The notes under the pieces were generated by a model. The model worked only from the letters and a program-made list of their open reading frames with translations. It had not been told where the DNA came from and did no database searches. A stretch of 64,000 nt of DNA from Phyllobates terribilis (Eukaryota): NCBI RefSeq assembly GCF_046119375.1, contig NW_027362763.1:663276001-663340000 (forward strand). Reading direction: 5' to 3'. This document shows positions 43,551-57,087 of the stretch, piece by piece; within the stretch, counting starts at the first letter, position 1; each line of letters starts with the position of its first letter. The translations under genes and the position numbers were made by a program.

Positions 43551-45177
43551 TACAGACCAAAAGTTTGGAGACGCCTTCTCATTTAAAGATTTTTCTGCAT
43601 TTTCATGACTTTGAAAATTGCACTTTCACACTGAAGGCATCAAAACTATGAATTAACACATGTGGAATTATATACTTAATAAAAAAGTGTAAAACAACTG
43701 AAAGTATGTCTTATATTCTTGGTTCTTCAAAGTAGCCACCTTTTGCTTTGATGACTGCTTTGCACACTCTTGGCATTCTCTTGATGAGCTTCAAGAGGTA
43801 GTCACCGGAAATGGTTTTCACTTCACAGGTGTGCCCTGTCAGGTTTAATAAGTGGGACTTCTTGCCTTATAAACGGGGTTGGGACCTTCTGTTGTGTTGT
43901 GCAGAAGTCAGTTGGATACACAGCTGATAGTCCTACTGAATAGACTGTTAGAATTTGTATTATGGCAAGAAAAAAGCAGCTAAGTAAAGAAAAACGAGTG
44001 CCCACCATTACTTTAAGAAATGAAGGTCAGTCAGTCCGAAAAATTGGGCAAACTTTGAAAGTGTCCCCAAGTGCATTTGCAAAAACCATGAAGCGCTACA
44101 AAGAAACTGGCTCACATGAGGTCCGCCCCAGGAAAGGAAGACCAAGAGTCACCTCTGCTTCTGAGGATAAGTTTATCCAAGTCACCAGCCTCAGAAATCA
44201 CAGGTTAACAGCAGCTCAGATTAGAGACCAGGTCAATGCCACACACAGATTTAGCAGCAGACACATCTCTTCAACAACTGTTAAGAGGAGACTTTGTGCA
44301 GCAGGCCTTCATGGTAAAATAGCTTCTAGTAAACCACTGCTAAGGACAGGCAACAAGCAGAGGAGACTTGTTTGGGCTAAAGAACACAAGGAATAGACAT
44401 TAGACCAGTGGAAATCTGTGCTTTTGTCTGATGAGTCCAAATTTGAGATCTTTGGTTCCAACCACCGTGTCTTTGTGCGACGCAGAAAAGGTGAATGGAT
44501 GGACTCTACATGCCTGGTTCCCACCGTGAAGCATGGAGGAGGAGGTGTGGTGGTGTGGGGGTGCTTTGCTGGTGACACTGTTTGGGATTTATTCAAAATT
44601 GAAGGCATACTGAACCAGCATGGCTATCACAGTATCTTGCAGCGGCATGCTATTCCAACCGGTTTGCGTTTAGTTGGACCATCATTTATTTTTCAATAGG
44701 ACAATGACCCCAAACACACCTCCAGGCTGTGTAAGGGCTATTTGACCAAGAAGGAGAGTGATGGAGTGCTACGCCAGATGACCTGGCCTCCACAGTCACC
44801 AGACCTGAACCCAATCGAGATGGTTTGGGGTGAGCTGGACCGCAGAGTGAAGGCAAAAGGGCCAACAAGTGCTAAGCATCTCTGGGAACTCCTTCAAGAT
44901 TGTTGGAAGACCATTTCTGGTGACTACCTCTTGAAGCTCATCAAGAGAATGCCAAGAGTGTGCAAAGCAGTCATCAAAGCAAAAGGTGGCTACTTTGAAG
45001 AACCTAGAATATAAGACATATTTTCAGTTGTTTCACACTTTTTTGTTAAGTATATAATTCCACATGTGGTAATTCATAGTTTTGATGCCTTCAGTGTGAA
45101 TGTACAATTTTCATAGTCATGAAAATACAGAAAAATCTTTAAATGAGAAGGTGTGTCCAAACTTTTGGACTGTACTG
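43548..45177 (+). mobile_element. Second Tc1 DD38E (Intruder-type) element with decayed transposase (~43962-45014)
   Basis: TIR CAGTACAG(A/T)CCAAAAGTTTGGA at both ends in (TA)n; DNDPKHTSRLCKGYLTKKESDGVLRQMTWPPQSPDLNPIE gives 38 spacing; in-frame stops. Confidence 0.92.
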
Positions 45178-45185
45178 TATATACA

Positions 45186-48100
45186 CACTGCTCAAAAAAA
45201 TAAAGGGAACACTTAAACAACAGAATATAACTCCAAGTAAATCAAACTTCTGTGAAATCAAACTGTCCACTTAGGAAGCAACACTGATTGACAATCAATT
45301 TCAGATGTTGTTGTGCAAATGGAATAGACAATAGATGGAAATTATCAAGACACCCTCAATAAAGGAGTGGTTCTGCAGGTGGGGACTACAGACCACATCT
45401 CAGTGCCAATGCTTTCTGGCTGATGTTTTGGTCACTTTTGAATGTTGGTTGTGCTTTCACACTCGTGGTAGCATGAGATGGACTCTACAACCCACAGAAG
45501 TTGCTCAGGTAGTGCAGCTCATCCAGGATGGCACATCAATGCGAGCTGTGGCAAGAAGGTTTGCTGTGTCTGTCAGCGTAGTGTTCAGAGGCTGGAGGCG
45601 CTACCAGGAGATAGGCCAGTACACCAGGAGACGTGGAGGGGGCCGTAGGAGGGCAACAACCCAGCAGCAGGACCGCTTCCTCCGGCTTTGTGCAAGGAGG
45701 TACAGGAGGAGCACTGCCAGAGCCCTGCAAAATGACCTCCAGCAGGCCACAAATGTGCATGTGTCTGTACAAACGGTTAGAAACCGACTCCATGAGGGTG
45801 GTATGAGGGCCCGATGTCCACAGATGGGGGTTGTGCTCACAGCCCAACACCGAGCAGGATGCTTGGCATTTGCCACAGAACACCAGGATTGGCAAAGTCG
45901 CCACTGGTGCCCTGTGCTCTTCACAGATGAAAGCAGGTTCACACTGAGCACATGTAACAGACGTGACAGAGTCTGGAGACGCAGTGGAGAGCGATCTGCT
46001 GCCTGCAACATCCTTCAGCATGACCGGTTTAGCAGTGGGTCAGTAATGGTGTGGGGTGGCATTTCTTTGGAGGGTCGCACAGCCCTCCATGTGCTCGCCA
46101 GAGGTAGCCTGACTGCCATTAGGTACTGAGATGAGATCCTCAGACCCCTTGTGAGACCATATGCTGGTGCGGTTGGCCCTGGGTTCCTCCTAATGCAGGA
46201 CAATGCCAGACCTCATGTGGCTGGAGTGTGTCAGCAGTTCCTGCAAGATGAAGGCATTGAAGCTATGGACTGGCCCGCCCGTTCCCCAGACCTGAATCCG
46301 ATTGAGCACATCAGGGACATCATGTCTCGCTCCATCCACCAACGTCACGTTGCACCACAGACTGTCCAGGAGTTGGCGGATGCTTTAGTCCCGGTCTGGG
46401 AGGAGATCCCACAGGTGACCATCCGCAACCTCATCAGGAGCATGCCCAGGCATTGTAGGGAGGTCATACAGGCACGTGGAGGCCACACACAATACTCAGC
46501 CTCATCAGGAGCATGCCCAGGCGTTGTAGGGAGGTCATACAGGCACGTGGAGGCCGCACACAATACTCAGCCTCATCAGGAGCATGCCCAGGCATTGTAG
46601 GGAGGTCACACAGGCACGTGGGGGCCACACACAATACTCAGCCTCATCAGGAGCATGCCCAGGCGTTGTAGGGAGGTCATACAGGCACATGGAGGCCACA
46701 CACAATACTCAGCCTCATCAGAAGCATGCCCAGGTGTTGTAGGGAGGTCATACAGGCACGTGGAGGCCACACACAATACTCAGCCTCATCAGGAGCATGC
46801 CCAGGCATTGTAGGGAGGTCATACAGGCACGTGGAGGCCACACACAATACTCAGCCTCATCAGGAGCATGCCCAGGCGTTGTAGGGAGGTCATACAGGCA
46901 CGTGGAGGCCACACACAATACTCAGCCTCATCAGGAGCATGCCCAGGCGTTGTAGGGAGGTCATACAGGCACGTGGGGGCCACACACAATACTCAGCCTC
47001 ATCAGGAGCATGCCCAGGTGTTGTAGGGAGGTCATACAGGCACGTGGAGGCCACACACAATACTCAGCCTCATCAGGAGCATGCCCAGGCGTTGTAGGGA
47101 GGTCATACAGGCACGTGGAGGCCACACACAATACTCAGACTCATCAGGAGCATGCCCAGGCGTTGTAGGGAGGTCATACAGGCACGTGGAGACCACACAC
47201 AATACTCAGCCTCATCAGGAGCATGCCCAGGCGTTGTAGGGAGGTCATACAGGCACGTGGAGGCCACACACAATACTCAGCCTCATCAGGAGCATGCCCA
47301 GGAGTTGTAGGGAGGTCATACAGGCACGTGGAGGCGACACACAATACTGAGCCTCATCAGGAGCGTGCCCAGGCGTTGTAGGGAGGTCATACAGGCACGT
47401 GGAGGCTACACACAATACTCAGCCTCATCAGGAGCATGCCCAGGCGTTGTAGGGAGGTCATACAGGCACGTGGAGGCCACACACAATACTCAGCCTCATC
47501 AGGAGCATGCCCAGGCGTTGTAGGGAGGTCATACAGGCACGTGGAGGCCACACACAATACTCAGCCTCATCAGGAGCATGCCCAGGCGTTGTAGGGAGGT
47601 CATACAGCCACGTGGAGGCCACACACAATACTCAGCCTCATCAGGAGCATGTCCAGGCATTGTAGGGAGGTCATACAGGCATGTGGAGGCCACACACAAT
47701 ACTCAGCCTCATCAGGAGCATGCCCAGGCATTGTAGGGAGGTCATACAGGCACGTGGAGGCCACACACAATACTCAGCCTCATCAGGAGCATGCCGAGGC
47801 ATTGTAGGGAGGTCATACAGGCACGTGGAGGCCACACACAATACTCAGCCTCATCAGGAGCATGCCCAGGCGTTGTAGGGAGGTCATACAGCCACGTGGA
47901 GGCCACACACAATACTCAGCCTCATCAGGAGCATGCCCAGGCATTGTAGGGAGGTCATACAGGCACGTGGAGGCCACACACAATACTGAGCCTCATCAGG
48001 AGCGTGCCCAGGCGTTGTAGGGAGGTCATACAGACACGTGGAGGCCACACACAATACTCAGCCTCATCAGGAGCATGCCCAGGCGTTGTAGGGAGGTCAT

Positions 48101-49094
48101 ACAGGCACGTGGAGGCTACACACAATACTCAGCCTCATCAGGAGCATGCCCAGGCGTTGTAGGGAGGTCATACAGGCACGTGGAGGCTACACACAATACT
48201 CAGCCTCATCAGGAGCATGCCCAGGCATTGTAGGGAGGTCATACAGGCACGTGGAGGCCACACACAATACTGAGCCTCATCAGGAGCGTGCCCAGGCGTT
48301 GTAGGGAGGTCATACAGGCACGTGGAGGCCACACACAATACTGAGCCTCATCAGGAGCGTGCCCAGGCATTGTAGGGAGGTCATACAGGCACGTGGAGGC
48401 CACACACAATACTGAGCCTCATCAGGAGCGTGCCCAGGCATTGTAGGGAGGTCATACAGGCACGTGGAGGCCACACACAATACTGAGCCTCATCAGGAGC
48501 GTGCCCAGGCGTTGTAGGGAGGTCATACAGGCACATGGAGGCCACACACAATACTCAGCCTCATCAGGAGCATGCCCAGGCATTGTAGGGAGGTCATACA
48601 GGCACGTGGGGGCCACACACAATACTCAGCCTCATCAGGAGCATGCCCAGGTGTTGTAGGGAGGTCATACAGGCACGTGGAGGCCACACACAATACTCAG
48701 CCTCATCAGGAGCATGCCCAGGCGTTGTAGGGAGGTCATACAGGCACGTGGAGGCCACACACAATACTCAGCCTCATCAGGAGCATGCCCAGGCGTTGTA
48801 GGGAGGTCATACAGGCACGTGGAGGCCACATACAATACTCAGCCTCATTGTGATTTGTTTTAAGGACATTACATCAAAGTTGGATCAGCCTGTAGTGTTT
48901 TTCCACTTTAATTTTGGGGGTGACTCCAAATCCAGGCCTCCATTGGTTAATAAATGTGATTTCCATTGATGATTTTTGTGTGATTTTGTTGTCAGCACAT
49001 TCAACTTTGTACAGAACAAAGTATTCAATGAGAAGATTTCATTCATTCAGATCTAGGATGTGTTATTTCAGTGTTCCCTTTATTTTTTTGAGCA

Positions 49095-49097
<3 letters not shown>
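45186..49097 (+). mobile_element. Tc1 DD34E element expanded by an internal 71-bp array; transposase ~45475-46498 with a premature stop at 46127
   Basis: TIR CACTGCTCAAAAAAATAAAGGGAACAC at both ends; FTDESRF, WGGI, QDNARPH...PDLNPIE gives 34 spacing. Confidence 0.92.
46430..48843 (+). repeat. 71-bp minisatellite, 34 copies, derived from the transposase 3' end
   Basis: CTCAT register 46430, 46501, 46572 ... 48844 (2414/71 = 34); the unit encodes LIRSMPRxCREVIQARGGHTQY. Confidence 0.95.
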
Positions 49098-49125
<28 letters not shown>

Positions 49126-49509
49126 GTATATATAAAAAAATGGATTCGGTCAAGCAGCTTACTGACCAGATGCAGGGTTTTTTGGGAATGTTCCAGGATT
49201 TGGCGGGCACCATGAACCAGCACAGCCAGACCCTGGCTCAGAGGGTCCCCCCCGACACAGGCAAGTTCTAACCCCAGTCCTACAGGGGGGTCGTTTCCAT
49301 AGAACCGGAGATGCCCCTTCCTGATTTTATTGGGGGAGATAGGAAACAGTTTAATAATTTTAATGAGGTGTGCAAATTATATTTCCAACTTCGCCCTGTT
49401 TCCTCCGGGAATGAAAGTACTCAGGTGGGTCTTGTTATTTCCCTTCTTAGAGGGGATCCCCAATCTTCGGCATTTTCATTACCCTCAGGCTTACCCATAG
49501 TCTCATCAG

Positions 49510-52500
49510 TAGTGTTGAGGATTCCGATACTGAAATATCGGGTATCGACCGATATTCGCGGTATCGGAGTTCCAATACTGAGTTCCGATACTTTTAGAAT
49601 ATCGAATACCGGAATCGGAAGTTCCCATAATGCCTGCGCTCTGCAGTGTCTCTGAAGGATGACAAGCTGGATGGCAGCGCTCAGCTTACTGTACTTGTCA
49701 TTTAGTGTTAAAGGATTTATTAAAAAAAATAAGTGTTTTCATGCACCGTCTCTTTAAAAAAGCCGGCCGGCAATTCAGCATCTGTACCCGACAATTTATA
49801 ACAGACAGAATAGAGCATCACACATAGATTAGATAGATAGAAACATGTCAGTCACATATATAATAAGTACAGTGCTAGTGTTGATTACTGTACTTGTCAT
49901 TTAGTGTTAAAATAAAGGATTTATTACAAAAAAAATTGGCGTGGGGTTCCCCGTAATTTTAGTCTCTAGCGGAGGTTAAGCAGACGGCTGGGGCAGATGT
50001 TTGAAGCCTGGGAAGGGGGTAATACCCACGGAGCTTCCCAGGCTACTAATATCAGCCCCCAGCGGAATACTTAGCCTTTACTAGCTATTAAAATGGGGGA
50101 CCCCCCCAAAAAAATGATGTGGGGTTCCCCCTAATTTAATAGCTAGCAAAGGCTAGGCAGACAGCTGGGGGCTGATATTAATAGCCCAGGAAGGGTGCCA
50201 TGAATATTGGCCCCCTCCCAAGCTAGAAACACCAGCCGTCCGCCACCCCAGAAATGGCGCATCCATAGGATGCGCCAATTCTGGCACTTAGCCTCGCTCT
50301 TCCCACTGCCCTGTGGCGGTGGCAGTGGGGTAATAGGGCTGGGGTTGATGTCAGCTTATAATGCCAGCTGACATCAAGCCCAGGTTAGTAATGGAGAGGC
50401 GTCTATAAGACACCCCCATTACTAACCCCATAGTCAAAGTTAAAAAAAAACACAAACACCCAGAATAAAGTCCTTTAATTGAAATAAAGACACAATTCTT
50501 TATTGTTCTAAATTAAACCATACTTACCATCACGCCCATTCCAGCGGAAGCCAACGATCTCCTGCAATAAAAGTAAAATAATAAAGCAACCTCATCCTTA
50601 CCTTTCCATGGTTCCCAGGACGGCTCCAGCTCTCCTACATTCACATGACAGGCTGGATCACAGCCGAAAGCTGCCATCCAGCCTGTCATGCCGCAGACAC
50701 TGAGAAGCGCAGGCATGCTTGCGCTCTGCAGTGTCTCTGAAGGATGGAATGCTGGATGGCAGCGCTCAGCTGTGATCCAGCCTGTGATCTCAATGCCATC
50801 CCAGCGTGGGAGAATTCTCCTGCTCAAGCGCTGAGCGCAGGAGAATTTTCCCACGCTGTCAGTGACGTGCATGAGGTGAGCTGAGTTCATTGGACATAAC
50901 CTCGGCTCATCTTTATGCCGTCACAGCGAGACACTGAGGAGCACAAGCATGCCTGCGCTTCTCAGTGTCTGCGGCATGGCAAGCTGGATGGCAGCTTTCG
51001 GCTACGATCCAGCCTGTCATGTCAATGTAGCAGAGCTGAAGCTGTCGTGGGAACCATGGAAAGGTAAGGATGATGTTGCTTTATTATTTTACTTTTATTG
51101 CAGAAGACATTGGCTTCAGCTGGAATGGGCGTGATGGTAAGTATGGTTTAATTTAGAACATTAAAAAATTGTGTGTTCATTTCCATTAAAGGACTTTATT
51201 CTGGATGTTGTGTATTTTTTAAATACTTTACTAGAAATTCATGGCGGTCATGTCTAATATTGGCGTGACCCCATGAATTTTGGGCTTAGGGCCAGCTGAT
51301 AATGCCAAGCTGGCCCTAACCCCTTTATTACCCAGTAAGCCACCACACCAGGGCCCTGGATGAGTTGGGTACAGCGCCAGAAGATGGCGCTTCTATGAAT
51401 GAGCCAATTTCTGGGGTGGCTGCGGACTGCAATTTGCAGCGGGGGGGGGCCTGCGCTGCGGATTCCAGCCCCCAGCTGCCTAGATGTACCTGGCTGGACA
51501 CAAAAATAGGGCGAAGCCCCACGTATTTTTTTTTTAAATTATTTCATGAAATTCATGAAATAATTTAAAAAAAAGGGGCTTCCCTATACACTGTGTTCCA
51601 AATTATTATGCAAATAATATTTTCTCAGATTTTCCCACATTACCTATATGAATTGCAGTCATTGTAATTTTCCAGTCAAATAACTATTCGAGTACAATTG
51701 AAAGGTTTTTGTACAAACTGCCTATGATAACAGGATATTTAAAAAAAAATAAAAAACTCAAACTGCCCTCAAAATCCATGTTCCAAATTATTATGCACAG
51801 CAGAGTTTTCAACCTTTTCATTTTAATAAAGAACAAAAAAATGGTCATTTTTGAAATTCTAAGCATTAGCAGGTTATTACACACTGAAATCAAACAGTTT
51901 TCACCTCAAAACTTTATTCTAGGTGATGTTACATTTGCACATAGGACCGCTTGTTCGAAAGGAGCTTCTGAACTCTCTCGTCCATTGAATTTGTCAGGTT
52001 TTGGATGGTTTCTGCTTTAATTGCTTTGCATGAGGACAGAATACCCTCCCAGAGCTGTTGCTTAGATGTGAACTGCCTCCCGCCATCATAGACACTTCTT
52101 TTGATGATGCTCCAGAGGTTCTCAATGGGGTTGAGGTCAGGGGAGCATGGGGGCCACACCATAAGTTTGTCCCCTTTTATGCCCATAGCAGCCAGAGATG
52201 AAGATGTGTTATGTGCAGCATGAGATGGTGCATTATCATGCAGAAAAATGATCTTGCTGTGAAATACACGGTTCTTCTTCTTGAACCATGGAAGGAAGTG
52301 CTGTTTGAGAAAATCCACATACATTATGGAGTTCATCTTTCCCCCTTCAGGGATCCTAAAGGGGCCGACAATCTCTCTCCCCATGATTCCAGCCCAAAAC
52401 ATTACTCCACCTCCTCCTTGTTAGCGCCGTAGCAGTGTTTGCATGGGGTGTCCATCAACCAGCCATCCTCCACTTCATCCATCTGGACCATCGAGATCAT

Positions 52501-55500
52501 TTCATGCATGATAATGCCCCGTCTCATGCTGCACATAACACATCTGCATCTCTGGCTGCTATGGGCATAAAAGGGGACAAACTTATGGTGCGGCCCCCAT
52601 GCTCCCCTGACCTCAACCCCATTGAGAACCTCTGGAGCATCATCAAAAGGAGTGTCTATGATGGCGGGAGGCAGTTCACATCTAAGCAACAGCTCTGGGA
52701 GGGTATTCTGTCCTCATGCAAAACAATTGAAGCAGAAACCATCCAAAACCTGACAAATTCAATGGACGAGAGAGTTCAGAAGCTCCTTTCGAACAAGGGG
52801 TCCTATGTGCAAATGTAACATCACCTAGAATAAAGTTTTGAGTTGAAAACTGTTTGATTTCAGTGTGTAATAATCTGCTAATGCTTATAATTTCAAAAAT
52901 GACCATTTTTTTGTTCTTTATTAAAATGAAAAGGTTGAAAACTCTGCTGTGCATAATAATTTGGAACATGCATTTTGAGGGCAGTTTGAGTTTTTTATTT
53001 TTTTAGAAATATCCTGTTATCATAGGCAGTTTATACCAAAACCTTTCAATTGTACTCGAATAGTTATTTGACAGGAAAATTACAATGACTGCAATTCATA
53101 TAGGTAATTTGGGAAAATCTGAGAAAATATTATTTGCATAATAATTTGGAACACAGTGTATTGTTGTGTCTGGCCAGGTACAAATAGGCAGCTGGTGGTT
53201 GGGGGCAGCCCATTCCTGCCTGCTGTACCTGGCAAGACACAAAAATATGGCGAAGGCCACGTCAAATTTTTGGTGAAAAATTCAATAAAAATTAAAAAAA
53301 AAAACACATTTAGGGACTGCATCTTTATTAACACCTCTACGTGAGGGATTAATAAAGATGCAGTCCCTAAATTATTATTTTTTAAAATTATTTTTTAATT
53401 AATTTTTCCCCAAAATGTTGACGTGGGCTTTGCCATAATTTTGTATGCCAGCCAGGTACAGCATCCAGGAACGGGCTGCCCCCAACCACCAGCTGTCTAT
53501 TTGTACCTGACCGGACACAACAATATAGGGAAGCCCTTTTTTTCTTAATTATTTCATGAATTTCATGAAATAATTAAAAAAAAAAATACGTGGGGCTTCG
53601 CCCTATTTTTGTGTCCAGCCAGGTACAACTAGGCAGCTGGGGGCTGGAATCTGCAGCGCAGGGAGGCCCAAGCTTTCTGGGCCCCTCCCCCGCTGCAAAT
53701 TGCAGTCCGCAGCCACCCCGGAAAATGGCGTGTTCATAGAAGCGCCATCTTCTGGCGCTGTACCCAACTCATCCAGGGCCCTGGTGCGGTGGCTCACTGG
53801 GTAATAAAGGGGTTAGGGCCAGCTTGGCATTATCAACTGACCCTAAGCCCAAAATTCATGGGGTCACGCCAATATTAGACATGACCGCCATGAATTTCTA
53901 GTAAAGTATTTAAAAAAACACAACACCCAGAATAAAGTCCTTTAATTGAAATAAACACACAATTTTTTAATGTTCTAAATTAAACTCTACTTACCATCAC
54001 GCCCATTCCAGCTGAAGCCAACGATCTCCTGCAATAAAAGAAAAATAATAAAGCAACCTCATCCTTACCTTTCCATGGTTCCCACGACAGCTTCAGCTCT
54101 GCTACATTCACATGACAGGCTGGATCGTAGCCGAAAGCTGCCATCCAGCTTGCCATGCCACAGACACTGAGAAGCGCAGGCATGCTTGCGCTCCTCAGTG
54201 TCTCTGAAGGATGGCATGCTGGAAGGCAGAGCTCAGCTGTGATCCAGCCTGTCATCTCAATGCCATCCCAGCGTGGGAGAATTCTCCTGCTCAAGCGCTG
54301 AGCGCAGGAGAATTTTCCCACGCTGTCAGTGACGTGCATGAGGTGAGCTGAGTTCACTGGAAATGAACTCGGCTCATCTGGATGCCGTTACAGCCAGACA
54401 CTGAGGAGCGCAAGCATGCCTGCGCTTCTCAGTCTCTGCAGCATGGCAAGCTGGATGGCAGCTTTCGGCTGTGATCCAGACTGTCATGTGAATGTAGCAG
54501 AGCTGGAGCCGTCCTGGGAACCATAGAAAGGTAAGGATGATGTTGCTTTATTATTTTACTTTTATTGCAGGAGATCGTTGGCTTCAGCTGGAATGGGCGT
54601 GATGGTAAGTATGGTTTAATTTAGAACAATAAAGAATTGTGTCTTTATTTCAATTAAAGGACTTTATTCTGGGTGTTTGTGTTTTTTTTTTAACTTTGAC
54701 TATGGGGTTAGTAATGGGGGTGTCTTATAGACGCCTCTCCATTCCTAACCTGGGCTTGATGTCAGCTGGCATTATAAGCTGACATCAAGCCCAGCCCTAT
54801 TACCCCACTGCCACCGCTACAGGGCAGTGGGAAGAGCGAGGCTAAGTGCCAGAATTGGCGCATCCTATGGATGTGCCATTTCTGGGGCGGCTGACGGCTG
54901 GTGTTTCTTGCCTGGGAGGGGGCCAATATTCATGGCACCCTTCCTGGGCTATTAATATCAGCCCCCAGCTGTCTGCCTAGCCTTTGCTAGCTATTAAAAT
55001 AGGGGGGACCCCACATCATTTTTTTGGGGTCCCCCATTTTAATAGCTAGTAAAGGCTAGGTATTCAGCTGGGGGCTGATATTAGTAGCCTGGGAAGCTAC
55101 GTGGGTATTACCCCCTTCCCAGGCTTCAAACATCTGCCCCAGCCGTCTGCTTAACCTCCTCTAGAGACTAAAATTACGGGGAACCCCACGCCAATTTTTT
55201 TTTTAATAAATCCTTTAACACTAAATGACAAGTACAGTAACCAACACTGTCACTGTACTTCATATATATGTGACTGACGTGTTTCTATCTATCTAATCTA
55301 TGTGTGAAGCTCTATTCTTTCTGTTGTAAATTGTCGGGTACCGGTGTATGCCGCTGATGAATTGCCGGCTTTTCATGTAATGCATTCTACATTATTCTTA
55401 GTTGTTTTCCTTCATGTAGAATTAACCTACAAGGAACGAAAGGGTTTATTTTTATTCCGATATTTGTGTCCCATTGACTTGCATTGGTTTCCGGTATCGG

Positions 55501-55588
55501 AATCGGCGATATCCGATATATTTTGGGTATCGGTCCGATCCAATCCGATCCGATATTTCCCGATATCGGAAGGTATCGCTCAACACTA
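49510..55588 (-). mobile_element. Large non-autonomous hAT-type element, copy 2 (inverted relative to copy 1), near-palindromic
   Basis: TIR TAGTGTTGAG...CTCAACACTA; 8-bp TSD CTCATCAG at 49502-49509 and 55589-55596; same internal modules as 10958-15634. Confidence 0.92.
51589..53158. mobile_element. Tc1/mariner DD37E (TRT-type) foldback derivative made of two transposase 3' halves head to head
   Basis: TA-flanked long TIR CACTGTGTTCCAAATTATTATGCAAATAATATTTTCTCAG; near-identical C-terminal peptides on - (51929-52402) and + (52435-52818); 37 residues between HD and PIE. Confidence 0.9.
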
Positions 55589-56921
55589 CTCATCAGTGGA
55601 TGAGTTTTTTAAGGCTACGGGGCAGATTTATGATGAACCGGACCGTGTGGCTTTAGCTGTATCCCATCTTAAGGCATTGTGTCAGCAGGACCTTACTGCA
55701 GAGAACTACTGCTCCCAGTTTCGTATTTGGGCCATAGACACTGGGAGGAACGATACCGCTTTTAGTAATACTTTTCTGTATGGGCTTCATGAAGATATTA
55801 AAGATATCCTGGTGCACTCTCTTCCTTGGTCGTTGGAGGCCACCATGACTTTAGCTGTGCAACTAGATTGGAGAAGACGAGAGAGATGTCGGGAAAAATT
55901 GTCCCTTGGGCGGAGTTCATCCATACCCTCTTCCGGTCCTTAGGCTGAGGGAGAACCCATGCAGCTTGGCGGAGTTGGTACCTCTCGGGAGTCAAGGCAG
56001 CAAAGATGACGTCAGTGATGGTGTCTTTTATGCGGTTCCTCGTGCCATCTGGTTCGTGTATGTCCACGTCTGGAGTCGGCGGGAAACGACCGCGCCTAGC
56101 TGGGTTCGGGAATCCCCAGTTAGGCGCCCAGGTACCCCTAGCACAGAAATTACTTTTACCCATTGTTATCATGTTTAGAGGTAAGAGTGTGGAGGGCTAT
56201 GCTTTTGTGAATTGGGGAGCTGAGAAGTTTTTTAAATGCTGCCGTGGCCAAGGAGTTGGAGGTTCCTCTTATCTCCTTGGATGCTTCTATAACATTATCT
56301 TCTCTTGATAATTCTCCCCTTGCCCAGAGTATTGGGTATCACACCGCTGAACCGGTATCTATCACCACAGGATGTCTTCATAAGGAAGAGGCATGCTTTT
56401 TTATTTTACAGGATCTTCCTTCCGCTGTGATGTTAGGTCTCCCTTGTCTTCGCACTCATAATCCTATTATTGACTGGTAAAGGAGGGATATTGTTAAGTG
56501 GTCCTCCAACTGCAAATCCCTTTGTATTATCAAGCCTCCTAAGCTAGTAGGTTCCACCTACCAGGTCCCGTGGTATGTGACAGAGTTCCCACAAGTGTTT
56601 TCCAAATGGGCCTCCCGGAAATTACCTCCCCATGGAACCTATGACTGTTCCATCCAGCTCTTTGAGGGTGCAAAGTTACCTAAGGGCAGAATGTTTAACC
56701 TGTCAGAACCCGAGAGGCAAGCAAAAATTTGAAAAATGGTTTTATCCGCCCTTCTAAATCCCCAGTTGTAGCAGGGTTCATTTTTTTGGGGCCAAAATGA
56801 TGGCGGTTTGAGACCAAGTATTGACTATTGTGAGCTCGATCGCAAAACTGTGTGCAATCATGCAATCAGTATCCTCTCCCACTCATCCCTGAACTCTTTA
56901 ATCAACTGGTGGGGACAAGTT

Positions 56922-57087
56922 NNNNNNNNNNNNNNNNNNNNNNNNNNNNNNNNNNNNNNNNNNNNNNNNNNNNNNNNNNNNNNNNNNNNNNNNNNNNNNN
57001 NNNNNNNNNNNNNNNNNNNNNNNNNNNNNNNNNNNNNNNNNNNNNNNNNNNNNNNNNNNNNNNNNNNNNNNNNNNNNNNNNNNNNNN
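56922..57087. other. Assembly gap (N run); further gaps lie within 30685-32429
   Basis: Runs of n in the sequence. Confidence 0.99.

Larger units (their letters stand above)
49140..56921 (+). pseudogene. Decayed second Gypsy (sushi/chromovirus-like gag, protease and start of RT), split by hAT copy 2 and ending at an N gap
   Basis: EPEMPLPDF.GGDRKQF...YFQLRP before the hAT; SVDEFF..IYDEPDR...AENYCSQFR...FLYGL after it; RPxIDY..L and YPLPLIPELFNQL RT motifs; many stops and frameshifts. Confidence 0.8.

Noticed and set aside
46430-48843. CRISPR-like appearance of the regular arrays (also 16889-17140 and 59680-64000)
   Set aside because: Head-to-tail tandem units with no unique spacers, no cas genes and a eukaryotic context
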